DNA of 64,000 bases from Candidatus Eiseniibacteriota bacterium (GCA_963717505.1 OY970342.1:2976001-3040000); one strand, 5' to 3'. Positions 12,051 through 25,420 are shown, numbered from the stretch's first letter. Numbers and translations: made by a program. The notes: generated by a model not told the origin, from the sequence alone.

Positions 12051-13750
12051 GTGCACGAGGATCTCGGTCAGAAGCTGGTGGACGCCGGACTGATCACCGA
12101 AGGCGTCCTGGCAAAAGCGTTCCAACAGCAAAAGAGCATGGGTGAGTCGATCACCGGCAGCCTCGTGAAGATCGGGGCACTGACCGAGGACGCCCTGCTC
12201 GCTTTCCTGTCCCAGCACTTTGCCGCCCGGCCGGTCGACCTGCGCAACTACGAGCCCGACCCGGCGCTGACCCGGCTCATCCCCGGCGACGTCGCGACCA
12301 AGTTCATGGCGCTGCCGATCCGCCGCACCGGCCGCAAGCTGGTGGTCGCGATGGCCAACCCCTCGAACATCTTCGCGATCGACGACATCAAGTTCATCAC
12401 CGGCTTCGAGGTCGAGCCGCACGTCGCCACCGAGGCCGGCGCTCAAGCGCGCGATCGACCGCGCCTACGACTCGGCCGGCACCATGGCCGACGTGATGAA
12501 GGGGATGGAGGACGAGCTGTCGTGTCGTCGAGGAGGAGGACGCCGAGGCCGACGACGTCGCGGCGGCGGACGAGGCGCCGATCGTCAAGCTGGTGAACTC
12601 GCTGATCGCCGACGCCGTGCGCAAGGGCGCCTCCGACATCCACATCGAGCCCTACGAGAAGACGATGCGCGTGCGCTTCCGCATCGACGGCGTGCTGCAG
12701 GAGATGATGGCGCCGCCGTTCAAGTTCAAGGCCGCGATCATCTCGCGCCTCAAGATCATGGCCGAGCTCGACATCGCCGAGCGCCGCGTGCCGCAGGACG
12801 GCCGCATCAAGATCAAGGTGCTGAACCGCACCATCGACCTGCGCGTCTCGATCGCTGCCGACGATCTTCGGCGAGAAGATCGTGATGCGTATTCTCGACA
12901 AGAGCAACCTCAACATCGATCTCGAGAAGCTCGGCTTCGAGCCGCCGGCGATGAAGGAGTTCGTGACCGCGATCGCGAATCCCTACGGCATGGTGCTGGT
13001 CACCGGCCCGACCGGATCGGGCAAGACCACCACGCTCTACTCGGCGCTGTCGCGGATCAACACGCCCGAGGTCAACATCATGACCGCCGAGGACCCGGTC
13101 GAGTACAACCTGGACGGCATCAACCAGGTGCTGGTCAACGAGGACATCGGGCTGACGTTCGCCGCGGCGCTCAAGGCGTTCCTGCGCCAGGACCCCAACA
13201 TCATCATGGTCGGCGAAATCCGCGATATCGACACCGCCTCGATCGCGGTCAAGGCCGCGCTCACCGGCCACCTGGTGCTCTCGACGCTGCACACCAACGA
13301 CGCGCCGAGCGCGATCGGCCGTCTGATCGACATGGGGATCGAGCCGTTCCTGGTCGCGTCCTCGGTGAACCTGGTGCTGGCCCAGCGTCTGGTGCGCCGC
13401 ATCTGCACCGGCTGCAAGCAGCCGGTCGAGCTCAACGCGGAGATCCTGCGCGAGCTGCAGCTCGACGCCGACGAGTCGCCAAGGCGCACGAGTTCCACGA
13501 AGGGCGAAGGCTGCGTCGACTGCAACAACACCGGCTACCGCGGGCGCCAGGGCGTCTACGAGGTGATGTCGTATGTCGCACGCCGCTGCGCGACCTGGTG
13601 CTCGACCGGGCGTCGGCCGCCGAGATCAAGCGCGCGGCGATCGTCGGAGGGCATGCTGACGCTGCGCCGCGACGCGCTGGAGAAGCTGAAGCGCGGGATC
13701 ACGACCGCCGGAAGAAGTGCTGAAGGAAACGCGCCTCGGACGAACTGTAG
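12051..13750 (+). CDS. pilB: Type IV pilus extension ATPase, apparent frameshifts
   Basis: MshEN-like [33 protein letters not shown], Walker [40 protein letters not shown] and Cys-pair CxxC motifs. Confidence 0.92.
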
Positions 13751-13787
13751 CGGCGCATCACGGACGGAAACAGAGGAGACGACCACG

Positions 13788-14865
13788 GTGCTGACACTGC
13801 GAAAGCTGCTCGAGGACATGGTCCAGCGCAAGGCCTCGGACCTGCACATCACGGCGGGCGTGCCGCCGGAGTTCCGTATCGACGGCTTGATCACGCCGAC
13901 CGAGGACGAGGTCCTGACGCCCGAGATCGACCGCCCAGCTCGCGTACAGCGTGCTGTCGGACGAGCAGCGCAAGCGGTTCGAGACCACCAAGGAGCTGGA
14001 CTTCTCGTTCGGCATCAAGGGCCTGTCGCGCTTCCGCGCCAACGTCTTCCTGCAGCGCGGCGTGGTCTCGATGGCGATCCGCCAGATCCCGTTCGAGATC
14101 CTCGCCGATCGAGAAGCTCGGGCTGCCGCCGGTGGTCAAGGAGTTCACCAACCGGCACGAAGGGTCTGATCCTGGTGACCGGGCCGACCGGCAGCGGCAA
14201 GTCGACCACGCTGGCCGCGATGATCGACCAGATCAACGCGCACGCGGCAGGCCACATCATCACGATCGAGGACCCGATCGAGTACATCCACCACCACAAG
14301 AAGTGCATCGTCAACCAGCGCGAGGTCGGCGCCGACACCGCGTCGTTCCCGACCGCGCTCAAGTACGTGCTGCGGCAGGACCCGGACATCATCCTGGTCG
14401 GTGAAATGCGCGACCTCGAGACGATCGAGGCGGCGCTGACCATCGCCGAGACCGGCCACCTGGTGTTCGCCACCCTGCACACCAACTCGAGCTACGAGGC
14501 GGTCAACCGCATCGTCGACGTGTTCCCGCCGACCAGCAGCGCAGATCCTGACCCAGCTCGCGTTCGCGCTCGAAGGCGTCGTGACCCAGCAGCTGATCCC
14601 GCGCAGCCGCGGCACCGGCCGCGTCATGTGCGCCGAGGTGCTGGTGTGCACGCCGGCGATCAAGGCGGTGATTCGCGAGGGCAAGACCCACCAGATCTAC
14701 AGCCTGATGCAGGCCGGGCAGAAGTTCGGCATGCAGACCATGAACCAGGCGCTGCTCCAGGCGGTGCTCGACAAGGCACTGTCGCCGGAGGATGCCCTGG
14801 AGCGCAGCACGGACCGCGTCGAGCTCGAAGGCATGCTCGGCAAGGTCCTCGCAAGCGCGGCGTAG
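13788..14865 (+). CDS. pilT: Type IV pilus retraction ATPase, apparent frameshifts
   Basis: [47 protein letters not shown] and the AIRNLIRE-like [16 protein letters not shown]; SD GAGGAG upstream. Confidence 0.92.
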
Positions 14866-14876
14866 GAGGAATCGCC

Positions 14877-16105
14877 ATGCCGGTCTTCGTCTGGAAGGGA
14901 CGCACGCTCGCCGGGGAGACCCAGTCGGGCGAGATCGAAGTCAGCGCGTCAGGAAGAGGCGCTCGACGCTCCTCCGCAAGAAGCGGATCCTCGTCACGTC
15001 GGTGCGGCCGAAGGCCGGCGGCTTCTCGCATGCCGAAGCTCGGCGGCGCCGGGCGTGTCAGCACCAAGGACCTGGCGATCTTCACCCGCCAGTTCGCGAC
15101 CATGATCTCGGCCGGTCTGCCGCTGGTGCAGTGCCTCGACATTCTGGCCAAGCAGGCGAGCAAGCCGTCGTTCGGACGCGTCATCTCGCGACGTCACCCG
15201 CGAGGTCGAGGCCGGCTCGACGCTGTCCGACGCGCTCGGCAAGCACCGCAAGGTGTTCGACGACCTGTTCCGCAACATGGTCGCCGCCGGCGAGGCGGGC
15301 GGCGTGCTCGACGAGATCCTGATGCGGCTCGCGACCTACATCGAGAAGGCCGACGCCCTCAAGCGCAAGGTCCAGAGCGCCATGGTCTACCCGGCCGTGG
15401 TGCTGACCGTGGCCATGGGCGCCACCGCGTTCATGCTGATCTTCATCATCCCGACCTTCGCCAAGATGTTCACCGACTTCGGCGGCGAGCTGCCGCTGCC
15501 GACGAAGATCGTGCTCGCGGCTCTCGGACGTTCCTGACGCCATTGGTGGTGGGCCATGCTGCTGGCCATGGGCTTCGGCGTGTTCTCGTTCAAGCGCTAC
15601 TACGCGACCGAGAACGGCCAGCGCGTGATCGACCAGGCCATGCTCAAGATGCCGGTGCTCGGCGACGTGCTGCTCAAGGGCGCGGTCGCGCGCTTCACGC
15701 GCACGCTCGGCACCCTGATCGCTTCGGGCGTGCCGATTCTCTCCGGTCTCGAGATCACCGCGCAGCACCGCGGGCAACAAGGTGATCTCCGAGGCGATCA
15801 TGACCGCGCGCGCCTCGATCCGCGAAGGCGAGACCGTGTCGGCGCCGCTCAAGACCTCGGGCGTGTTCCCGCCGATGGTGGTGCAGATGATCTCGGTCGG
15901 CGAGCAGACCGGCGCGCTCGACGAGATGCTCACCAAGATCGCCGTGTTCTACGAGGCCGAGGTCGACACCGCGGTCGACACCCTGACCTCGATCATCGAG
16001 CCGGTGATGATCGTCGTCATGGGCGGCATCGTCGGCGGCATGGTGGTCGCGATGTACCTGCCGATGTTCAAGCTGATCAGCGTCGTGGCGGGCGGCAACG
16101 ACTGA
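14877..16105 (+). CDS. pilC: Type IV pilus platform protein (GspF family), apparent frameshifts
   Basis: [67 protein letters not shown]. Confidence 0.92.
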
Positions 16106-17803
16106 TGTCGCTGCCCGACGCCACGGATCCGGCGGCGCCGTCCGGCGGACCGGCCGTGCACGACCGCTGGGAGGGGCTCGCGGACGCTGATCGCGCGCCC
16201 GGCTGCTGGTCGGCGACGCTCGCGCTGCCGATCGGGGTGCTGCTGCATCCTGCCGCGACCCAGGCGTCGTGGTGGGTGCTGTGGTGGGCGCTGCTGGCGG
16301 TCGGGCGGACTGTCGGCGGTGTTCTGCGCTTGGTGTGCGCATGCGACGCGGCGCCGGCGTCCAGATCTACGCTCCAGATCGGCGCCGACATCGTCCTGGT
16401 CACCGCTGCTCGCGGCGATGACCGGCGGTCGCGAGAGCCAGTTCGTCCTGTTCTACGCGCTGGTGGTGATCACCGGCGGGCTGCTGGCCGCGACTGCCGG
16501 GCGGCCTGCTCGCCGCCGCCGCGGCGTGCTGCGGGTTCCTCGCTCTGCCGTGGATCGCGCAGGCGGCCGGGATGCGCGCCGAGCTGTCGACGGTTTCCGC
16601 CGTGCCGCAACCGGAACTGCTGCTCGCGTTCTGGGGCATGGTCGGCGTGCTGGCCGGCGTGCTCGGCGAGCGGGTCCAGCGCACGCGCGGGCGACCTGGA
16701 GCGCACCGCGCGCGAGCTGGATCGGGTGCGCGTCGACAACGACGTCATCCTTCGTCACCTGACCACCGGGCGTGCTCACCGTCGACGGCCGACGGCGTCG
16801 TGGCCTATCTCAATCCCGGCGGCCGAGCAGGTGCTGAGGCTGCGCACGCTCGAGACGCGCGGCCGCCGTCTGGCGACGGCCCTGCCCGAGCGGCTGGGCG
16901 CGTTGCGCGTCCTGGTCCTGGAAACGCTCGAGCACCGCGCGCCGCGCGCCCGGGTCGAGCTCATGCGTGCAGTCCGCGACCGGCCGTGCCGCTGCCGCTC
17001 GGCATCTCGACCAACCTGCTGATGCACGAAGGCACGGTCACCGGCGTGGTGGCGGTGTTCCAGGACCTGACCGAGGTGCGCGAGATGGAGCGTCGCGCTC
17101 GGCGCAACGAGACGCTGGCCGAGGTCGGCGCGCTGGCGGCCGGCGATCGCGCACGAGCTGCGCAACGGCCTCAATCCGATCAGCGGCTCGGTCGAATGCC
17201 TGCAGCGGGAGCTCAAGCTCGAGGGCGAGAACGCCGTGCTCATGGAGCTGATCGTGACGCGAGTGCGCGCGGCTCAACCGCTTCGTCACCGACCTGCTCG
17301 ACCTACTCGCGCGAGCGTGAACCGTCGCCCGAGGCTCTCGATCTGGAGGACCGACGCTGGCGAGCCCTGTGCGACGAGATCGGGCGCGACCCGCGCTGCG
17401 GTTCCGGGATCCAGGTGCGGTTCGAGCGCGCGGGAGGTTCCGGTCACCGTGCAGGCCGATCCGCGAGCAGATCCGCCAGGTGTGGCTCAACCTGGCGGCG
17501 AATGCGCTCGATGCGATGGGCGAACGCGGAACGCTGACCCTGCGCTGGGAGGAAGGCGATGGCGACCAGGTGGTCGTCGAATTCGCCGACACCGGAACGG
17601 GGATCAAGGCCGAGGACCTGCGAATGGTCGGGCAGCCGTTCTTCACGACGAAGGAAGGAGGCACCGGGCTGGGAGTCGCGATCGCCCAGCGGATCGTCGA
17701 ACGACACGGAGGCCAGCTGACGTTCGACAGCGCTCCGGGCCGTGGGACGTCCGCGCGGGTGGCGCTGCCGGGTGCTGTGATCCATCGGGCTCGCGCGGCA
17801 TAG
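16105..17803 (+). CDS. pilS: PilS-like membrane sensor histidine kinase, apparent frameshifts
   Basis: TM segments with TGGRESQF, PAS-like region, AHELRNGLNPISG H-box (read across a frameshift), QVWLNLAANALDAM, DTGTGI, PFFTTKEGGTGLG; position after pilC. Confidence 0.8.
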
Positions 17804-17839
17804 CCGGGTCCAGAACCCATACGAACGAGGGCAAGAACC

Positions 17840-19253
<1,414 letters not shown>

Positions 19254-19257
<4 letters not shown>

Positions 19258-20213
19258 GTTCCGGTCCCGCCATTCGCGTGGCCGGACTCTCGAAGTTCTA
19301 CCGAGGGCACTGGTCTCTGCGCAGCATCCCCGGGTTGGTCGACCTCACGTTCGAGGTTGAGCCCGGCGAGGTCGTGGGCATGCTCGGTCCGAACGGCGCG
19401 GGCAAGACCACGACCCTCAAGCTGCTCACCGGCCTGCTCAAGCCGAGCCGAGGCTCCGGCTGGCTGTTCGGCGAGCCGATCACGAGTCCCTCGAGCCGCC
19501 GTCGGCTCGGGTTCTTGCCCGAGCAACCTTACTTCTACGATTCCCTGAACGGCATCGAGTACCTGGAGCTGGCCGGGCGGTTGTCGGGACTGTCGGTACC
19601 GATGGCGTCGGCGCGCGCGCGCGAATGGCTCGACCGGGTCGGACTCGGGGATCGGCCGCGACTGGTCCTGCGCAAGTACTCCAAGGGAATGCTGCAGCGC
19701 ATCGGGCTCGCCGGCGCGCTGGTGCACGATCCCGAACTGCTGATCCTCGACGAGCCGATGAGTGGGCTGGATCCGTTCGGTCGCCGTGACGTTCGCGAAC
19801 TGATCCGCGACCAGCGCAGCCGCGGCACGACCATCCTGTTCTCGTCCCACATCCTGCCCGACGTCGAGATGCTGTGCGATCGGGTCTTGGTCCTGCGCGA
19901 GGGTCGTCTGGCGATGTCGGCGTCGATTCACGACGTCATGGACCACTGGGCCCATGCGATCGAGGTCCGTTGCGTCGGTTCGCCGCTGCTCGAGTTCCCG
20001 TCGATCTGGCACGAGCGCATCCGCCGCACCGAGCATCCGGACGGCACGTCGCTGTTCCTCGAGGACGTCCGCCTGCTGGACGAGCTGCTGCCGTGGCTCG
20101 TGGCGCGCGGGGTCCGCGTGCGTGCGGTCACGCCCCAGCGCGCGTCCCTCGAGGACCTGCTGGTCGCCCACCAGGACAGTCCCGCCGAGCAGGGGCAGAG
20201 GGTCGGCGCATGA
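19254..20213 (+). CDS. ABC transporter ATP-binding subunit (Myxococcus PilH-like)
   Basis: [31 protein letters not shown]; GTG overlaps the pilR stop. Confidence 0.88.
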
Positions 20214-20974
20214 TCCCGTGGGTCGTGGCGCACAACACGTTCCGCGAGGCGACGCGCGACCGCGTCTTGTCGGGCCTGATCGCGGCCGGCGTAGTGATGC
20301 TGCTCGGCACTCAGATTCTCGGGCTGCTGGCGATGGGTGAGGACCGACGGATCACGATCGATCTCGGCCTGTCGGGGATCTCGATCCTCGGTCTGTTCGC
20401 GGTGATGCTGGTCGGTACGAGCCTGGTCGCCAAGGAAATCGAGCGCCGCACGATCTACAACCTGATCACCCGGCCGATCTCGCGCCATGCCTACCTGCTC
20501 GGCAAGTGGGCGGGGCTGACCGCCGCACTCTGGGTGGTGTGCGCCAGCCTGGGGCTCGCCCTCTACGTACTTCTGTGGTGTCGCGGCTTCACCGGGCACG
20601 GCGCCTCGCTGTTCCAGGCGCTGTACCTGGGCGCGCTCGAGGTTGCGGTGGTCACTGCGGTCGCGGTGTTGTTCTCCACGCTGTCGACCCCGGTCCTGTC
20701 GTCGCTCTACACCCTGGGATTCTTCGCAATCGGCCAGTGGAGCTACGACCTGCGCGACCTGGCTCGGCGACTCCCCGCGATGGTCGGAAGCGGGCTCGAG
20801 GGTCTCGCCAACATCGTGCCCAACCTGCCGGTGTTCAACATGCGCTCGCTGGCGGCGGCCGGCGAGTCGACGACCGTCGAGCATCTGGTGTTGGCCACGC
20901 TCTACGCTCTGGTGTATTGCGGTTGCGCCCTGGCGCTGGCCGCAGCCGCATTCGAGAGCCGCGACTTCAAATGA
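20210..20974 (+). CDS. ABC-2 type permease (Myxococcus PilI-like)
   Basis: [28 protein letters not shown], multiple TM helices, C-terminal FESRDFK. Confidence 0.85.
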   Translation: MIPWVVAHNTFREATRDRVLSGLIAAGVVMLLGTQILGLLAMGEDRRITIDLGLSGISILGLFAVMLVGTSLVAKEIERRTIYNLITRPISRHAYLLGKWAGLTAALWVVCASLGLALYVLLWCRGFTGHGASLFQALYLGALEVAVVTAVAVLFSTLSTPVLSSLYTLGFFAIGQWSYDLRDLARRLPAMVGSGLEGLANIVPNLPVFNMRSLAAAGESTTVEHLVLATLYALVYCGCALALAAAAFESRDFK

Positions 20975-21717
20975 TGCTGCCCGGCGCCACCCTCCGCCGC
21001 ATGCTCGTGGCCTGGGCCGTGGCGCTGGCCCTCGGGGTGCTCTCGGCCACGCTTGCGACCAGTGCGTTCCACGTACTTCCCCGCCCGCGACCGCTGGAAG
21101 AACTCTCGTACTACCCGTCGGGCGACCTGCTCCGACCTTCGACGCTCGGACATTCCCAGTCGGCCGCCGACCTGGCTTGGCTGCGGGCGGTCCAGTACTA
21201 CGGCGAACATCGGAAGACCGACAACCAGTTCGTGCGCATGGAACACGTGTTCAACGTCTTGACCAGTCTGGCTCCCGGGTTCGAGTCCGCTTATGTGTTT
21301 GGCGCGTTTGCCCTGGCACAGGAGGGCCGCGACTTCGACGGCGCCGAGCGTCTCATGATGCGGGGGCTCGAGGCCCAGCCGAGCAGCGGACGGCTCGCTT
21401 TCGAAATGGGCTTCCTCTACTACATCCGCCCGGGAGGTCGGGATCTGACCCGCGCCGCGGAGTACTTCGAGCAAGCTGCACGACAGGTGGATGCCCCGTC
21501 CCAGGCCGCACGATTCGCCGCATTCGCCCGGCAGCACTCGGGCAACCTGGCTGTGGCCTATGAGTTGTGGTCGTTGGTTGCGACCGAGAATCCCAATCCA
21601 GCGATGCGCGAAATGGCGGAACGAGAAATGCGAAAGATCCGCGCGGCGCTGGAGTCGGGACGACCGGAAAGTGCGGTGCAAAGCCTTTCGACACCGCGAG
21701 TTCTGCTCGTCAAGTAG
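20971..21717 (+). CDS. Membrane-anchored TPR protein (Myxococcus PilG-like)
   Basis: N-terminal hydrophobic helix, ADLAWLRAVQYYG, TPR-like helices; coupled to the ABC genes. Confidence 0.65.
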   Translation: MMLPGATLRRMLVAWAVALALGVLSATLATSAFHVLPRPRPLEELSYYPSGDLLRPSTLGHSQSAADLAWLRAVQYYGEHRKTDNQFVRMEHVFNVLTSLAPGFESAYVFGAFALAQEGRDFDGAERLMMRGLEAQPSSGRLAFEMGFLYYIRPGGRDLTRAAEYFEQAARQVDAPSQAARFAAFARQHSGNLAVAYELWSLVATENPNPAMREMAEREMRKIRAALESGRPESAVQSLSTPRVLLVK

Positions 21718-21851
21718 CTCCAGGACCGGCTGGATTCGCACTGCAGTTTGCACGAAGCGACGTGGGCTGGGGTCGCGAATTCTCTCCTCAAGTCGGAAGA
21801 AGAAACGTTCGATCTTGAGTAGCGAACCCCCGGTTCGCCGGGTGGCGCAGG

Positions 21852-21886
21852 GTGCGCCGCCGCGGCGGCGCACGGCGATATCGCCG
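21852..21886. repeat. Two adjoining perfect palindromes in the pilM leader
   Basis: GTGCGCCGCCGCGGCGGCGCAC (21852-21873) and CGGCGATATCGCCG (21873-21886) are each self-complementary. Confidence 0.7.
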
Positions 21887-21928
21887 AACGTGCCGGACCA
21901 CGACCGGATCGCATTCAGGGAGTGAGAC

Positions 21929-22981
21929 ATGCTGTTCGGAAAGAAATCATCGCTCGTCGGTCTGGACATCGGCAGCCATACCATCAAGGCCGTCGAGCTC
22001 GAGGCCAACGGCAAGAGCTCGCGGCTCCTGAAGTGGGGCATCTCGGCCCCGATCACCGAGGCCATCGTCGACGGCGAAGTCATGGACCGGCAGCTGGTCA
22101 CGGAGACGATCTCCAGCCTGTTCCAGAGCCGCGGCATCACCTCGAAGAACGTGGTCGCCGCCGTCAGCGGTCGGGCGGTCATCGTCAAGAAGATCCTGAT
22201 GAACACGCTGTCGCCGGAAGACGCCCAGCAGGCGGTCTACTGGGAAGCCGAGCAGCACGTCCCGTACGACATCAACGACGTTTCGCTCGACTTCGAGATC
22301 CTGGGCCCGGCGCCGAGCGATCCCAAGCAGATGCAAGTCCTGCTGGTCGCCGCGAAGAAGGACATGGTCCTGTCCTTCAGCGATCTGATCCGCGACGCCG
22401 GACTGCATCCGCTGATCGTGGACGTCGACTCGTTCGCCGCGCAGAACGCGATCGAGGCGAACTACGACTTCGACCCGACCGACGTGGTCGCGATTCTCAA
22501 CGTCGGCTCCGAGATCACGAACATCGACATCATCCAGGGCGGGGTGCCTTACTTCACCAAGGACATCCAGCTCGGCGGCGGCACGTTCATCGAGGCGGCT
22601 CAACGCAAGTTCAATCTGAGCCAGTCCGAAGCGGCCGCAGCGGTGCGCGGCGAGGGTATGGGAACCGCCGAGATGGCGCCGGTGATCGAACAGGCCTGCG
22701 ACGGCCTGGCGCTGGCCCTCGAGCGCGCCCAGGCCTTCCTGCGCACCGCCGGCGAGGCGGGTCAGATCGGGCGGATCATGCTGTGCGGCGGCAGCGCGCT
22801 GACCCCCGGGTTGCAGGAGTTCCTGGAGCGACGTTTCAACGTACCGACGGAGATTGCGAACCCGCTCACGCGCATCGCCTATGACCCATCCCTGTTCGCG
22901 GGCCAGGACGTCACGCAGGTGGCGCCCATGCTCACGGTCGGGGTCGGACTGGCGCTGCGTCGCCTGGGAGAGAAGAAATGA
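21929..22981 (+). CDS. pilM: Type IV pilus assembly protein PilM (actin-like)
   Basis: VGLDIGSHTIKAVEL, WEAEQHVPYDI, LLVAAKK, LCGGSA, VGVGLALR. Confidence 0.93.
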   Translation: MLFGKKSSLVGLDIGSHTIKAVELEANGKSSRLLKWGISAPITEAIVDGEVMDRQLVTETISSLFQSRGITSKNVVAAVSGRAVIVKKILMNTLSPEDAQQAVYWEAEQHVPYDINDVSLDFEILGPAPSDPKQMQVLLVAAKKDMVLSFSDLIRDAGLHPLIVDVDSFAAQNAIEANYDFDPTDVVAILNVGSEITNIDIIQGGVPYFTKDIQLGGGTFIEAAQRKFNLSQSEAAAAVRGEGMGTAEMAPVIEQACDGLALALERAQAFLRTAGEAGQIGRIMLCGGSALTPGLQEFLERRFNVPTEIANPLTRIAYDPSLFAGQDVTQVAPMLTVGVGLALRRLGEKK

Positions 22982-23547
22982 TTCGCATCAATCTGCTGCC
23001 GCGCGAGGAGAAGGCTCACCGGGAGGTGAACTTCAGCCTCCCCAAGGTCGGCGACCTCGTCCTGCCGATCGTGGTCCTGGCGATCGCCGGGTTGGTCATC
23101 GGAGGCTCGGTCCTGGCGCAACGCTCGCGGATCGCGGATCTCAAGCGCCAGATCGCCGAGATCGACGAGGAGTCCCGCAAGCTGGCGCCGCAGATCGCGC
23201 GCGTGAACCGGCTGGCCCAAGAACGCGCCGAGCTCGACTTGCGACTCGGAATCATCGACAAGCTCGAGCGGGGGCGGTCGCTGAGTGTGCGCGTCCTCGA
23301 CGAGCTGGCCCGCACGCTGCCGGACCACACCTGGCTGATCGCCTCGAATCAGGAGGGCGAGAACCTGTCGATCGAAGGGTACTCGATGTCGAACCTGGCG
23401 ATCTCGGACCTCATGTCGCGACTCGATCGGTCGCCCTTGTTCGCGGGCGTCGAGCTCGAGGTCGCGGAGCGCGCGCAGGTCTCCCAGAAGTTCATCGTCA
23501 AGTTCCGTGTCTCGTGCCGGGTCACCCCGGACGAACCCGCCCAATAG
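22978..23547 (+). CDS. pilN: Type IV pilus assembly protein PilN
   Basis: MIRINLLP motif, TM helix, coiled coil. Confidence 0.9.
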   Translation: MIRINLLPREEKAHREVNFSLPKVGDLVLPIVVLAIAGLVIGGSVLAQRSRIADLKRQIAEIDEESRKLAPQIARVNRLAQERAELDLRLGIIDKLERGRSLSVRVLDELARTLPDHTWLIASNQEGENLSIEGYSMSNLAISDLMSRLDRSPLFAGVELEVAERAQVSQKFIVKFRVSCRVTPDEPAQ

Positions 23548-23559
23548 GAGGATGCGATC

Positions 23560-24219
23560 GTGAAGCTCGACCTCAAGAGTCCCGCGGTCCAAAAGGCCCT
23601 CCTCTCCATCCTGTTGGGCGGCGGCGTGACCGCGGTCTACTTCCTCACGCACCTGTTGCCGTTCACCTATCCGAACGTGCACAAGCAGATCACCGAGCTC
23701 AAGACCGAAAAGGACAACAAGGCCAACGAGCTGTCGCGTGCCCGCGCCATCGTCGCGGACCTTCCGCGGTTCGAAGCCGAGTACGAGCAGCTGCACGAGC
23801 GTTGGACGGCGGCGGCCGAGCTGCTGCCGACCGAGCGCCAACTGCCGGTCCTGATGCGCCGGATTTCGCTCGCCGCCCAGCAGAGCGGTGTGGGATTCAC
23901 GATGTTCCGGCCGGCCGGACCGCGAAACGAGCAGCACTACACCGAGACGCCGATCCAGATCGCGGTGTACGGGGATTACCACCAGATCGGTTCATTTCTG
24001 GCGGACCTGGCGAACATGCGCCGGATCGTGACGGTGGCGCACGTGCAGTTGAAGACCAATGCGAACATCCGGGACGTCACGGCATCGGCGGTGGCCGAGT
24101 TCACGGCGTCGTCCTACCACCTGACGACGTCGCGGACGGTGCCCGATGCACCAGCGCCGGCTGCGCCGGCGGGGGCGACCACCGACAAGGAGGGACAGGG
24201 GAATGGAACGGAATCCTGA
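23560..24219 (+). CDS. pilO: Type IV pilus assembly protein PilO
   Basis: TM plus coiled coil, LLPTERQLPVL, YGDYHQIGSFLADLANMRRIV. Confidence 0.88.
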   Translation: MKLDLKSPAVQKALLSILLGGGVTAVYFLTHLLPFTYPNVHKQITELKTEKDNKANELSRARAIVADLPRFEAEYEQLHERWTAAAELLPTERQLPVLMRRISLAAQQSGVGFTMFRPAGPRNEQHYTETPIQIAVYGDYHQIGSFLADLANMRRIVTVAHVQLKTNANIRDVTASAVAEFTASSYHLTTSRTVPDAPAPAAPAGATTDKEGQGNGTES

Positions 24220-25420
24220 TCGCACCGGGTCCCTTCAAGGACGCGGACCGGCGACCGGCGTGACGAGCGCCGTACTGCTGGGTGTGCTGCTGTTGCTGCT
24301 GCCGGTCGCGGCCGCAGCCCAGACGGCCCCACCGGCTGCCGATTCGAGCACGAAGGTGCAGGCGACCCGTTCCACGCCGGCCGTGCCGGCTCCGTCCACA
24401 GTCACCCCGAGCCAGTCCGCCACGACCGTGCCCGCGCCCGGAACGACGACGAAGCCGGCCGCGTCCGCCGTACCCGCTCCGGGAACCGATGCGAAGGCGG
24501 CCCCGGCCCCGGCCTCGCCGACCGCGGCGAAGACTCCCGCGAAGTCCGCGGCCAAGAAGCAGGGCAAGTCGCCGTTCGCGACGGTCGCCGGTGGCACGTC
24601 GTCGACCGCGCGCACCGAGCCAAAGCCGGCGGCTGCACCCGCGCCGACGACGGCTTCTGCGACGACAACCCCGAGCAAGTCTTCGAGCCCGCTGACGGCG
24701 CAGGCCAAGCCGGCCGCTCTGGGCCCGGCGAAGACCGCAGCAGCACCCCAGATGAAGGCGCCCAATCCCGCAACGGGTCCCGCGAAGGCGGCCACCGCGG
24801 CGAACGCGAACACTGCGCCGGCCAAGAGCACGATTCAGGACAAGAGCACCCCCAAGGATCCGACCCTGGCGTCGTCCGAAGCTGCGAAGTCCCCCGCAGC
24901 CCAGGCTCCCGCTGGCGTGAAGCCGGTCGCGGCGCGGCCTTCCGCGCCGGCCCCCAAGCCGACCGCGGTGGCGGGTGGCGCTCCTGCGACTCCCGCGCAA
25001 TCCGAGGCGGCCGAAAGCGAAGTGGTCCGCCGGATCCGCACGGCCAATCCGCAAAAGCCGATGGTGCCGGATGTTTCGATCGAAAAGCGTCAGACGTATC
25101 AGTACAACACCATCGGACGGAGGGATCCGTTCGAGTCCATGGTCGGCAACTTCGTCGGCGATGATGTCGGCGGAAATGCTCCCCCCGACGTCGGTGCCCT
25201 CAAGGTGGTCGGCATCGTCTGGGGCGCGGACAGCTTTGCGCTCGTCGAGGACGCCGCCGGCAACAGCGGCATCCTGCGCCGGGGCGACAAAGTCATGAAC
25301 GGATTCGTCGAGGACCTCAAGCGCGACGCCATGGTCGTCAAGATCACGGCAGACGGTCATTCACAGTCGGTGGCGATCCCACTGACTCGGAAGGGGGATC
25401 AGTCCAATGCGAACCGGTAA
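24203..25420 (+). CDS. pilP: PilP-like protein with very long Ala/Pro/Thr/Lys-rich N-terminal extension
   Basis: Between pilO and pilQ; C-terminal GRRDPFES...LKVVGIVWG...ALVED PilP-type domain; signal peptide LLLLLPVAAAA-Q with no lipobox Cys. Confidence 0.65.
   Translation: MERNPDRTGSLQGRGPATGVTSAVLLGVLLLLLPVAAAAQTAPPAADSSTKVQATRSTPAVPAPSTVTPSQSATTVPAPGTTTKPAASAVPAPGTDAKAAPAPASPTAAKTPAKSAAKKQGKSPFATVAGGTSSTARTEPKPAAAPAPTTASATTTPSKSSSPLTAQAKPAALGPAKTAAAPQMKAPNPATGPAKAATAANANTAPAKSTIQDKSTPKDPTLASSEAAKSPAAQAPAGVKPVAARPSAPAPKPTAVAGGAPATPAQSEAAESEVVRRIRTANPQKPMVPDVSIEKRQTYQYNTIGRRDPFESMVGNFVGDDVGGNAPPDVGALKVVGIVWGADSFALVEDAAGNSGILRRGDKVMNGFVEDLKRDAMVVKITADGHSQSVAIPLTRKGDQSNANR

Noticed and set aside
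12882-15785. 967-aa ORF that looks like a PilB-PilT fusion
   Set aside because: It stitches in-frame pieces of pilB, pilT and pilC through frameshifts; separate SD/start sites exist at 13788 and 14877.
21731-21857. Sigma54 -24/-12 promoter before pilM
   Set aside because: Candidates have wrong GG-to-GC spacing or lack TTGC (for example TGGCGCAGGGTGCGC).
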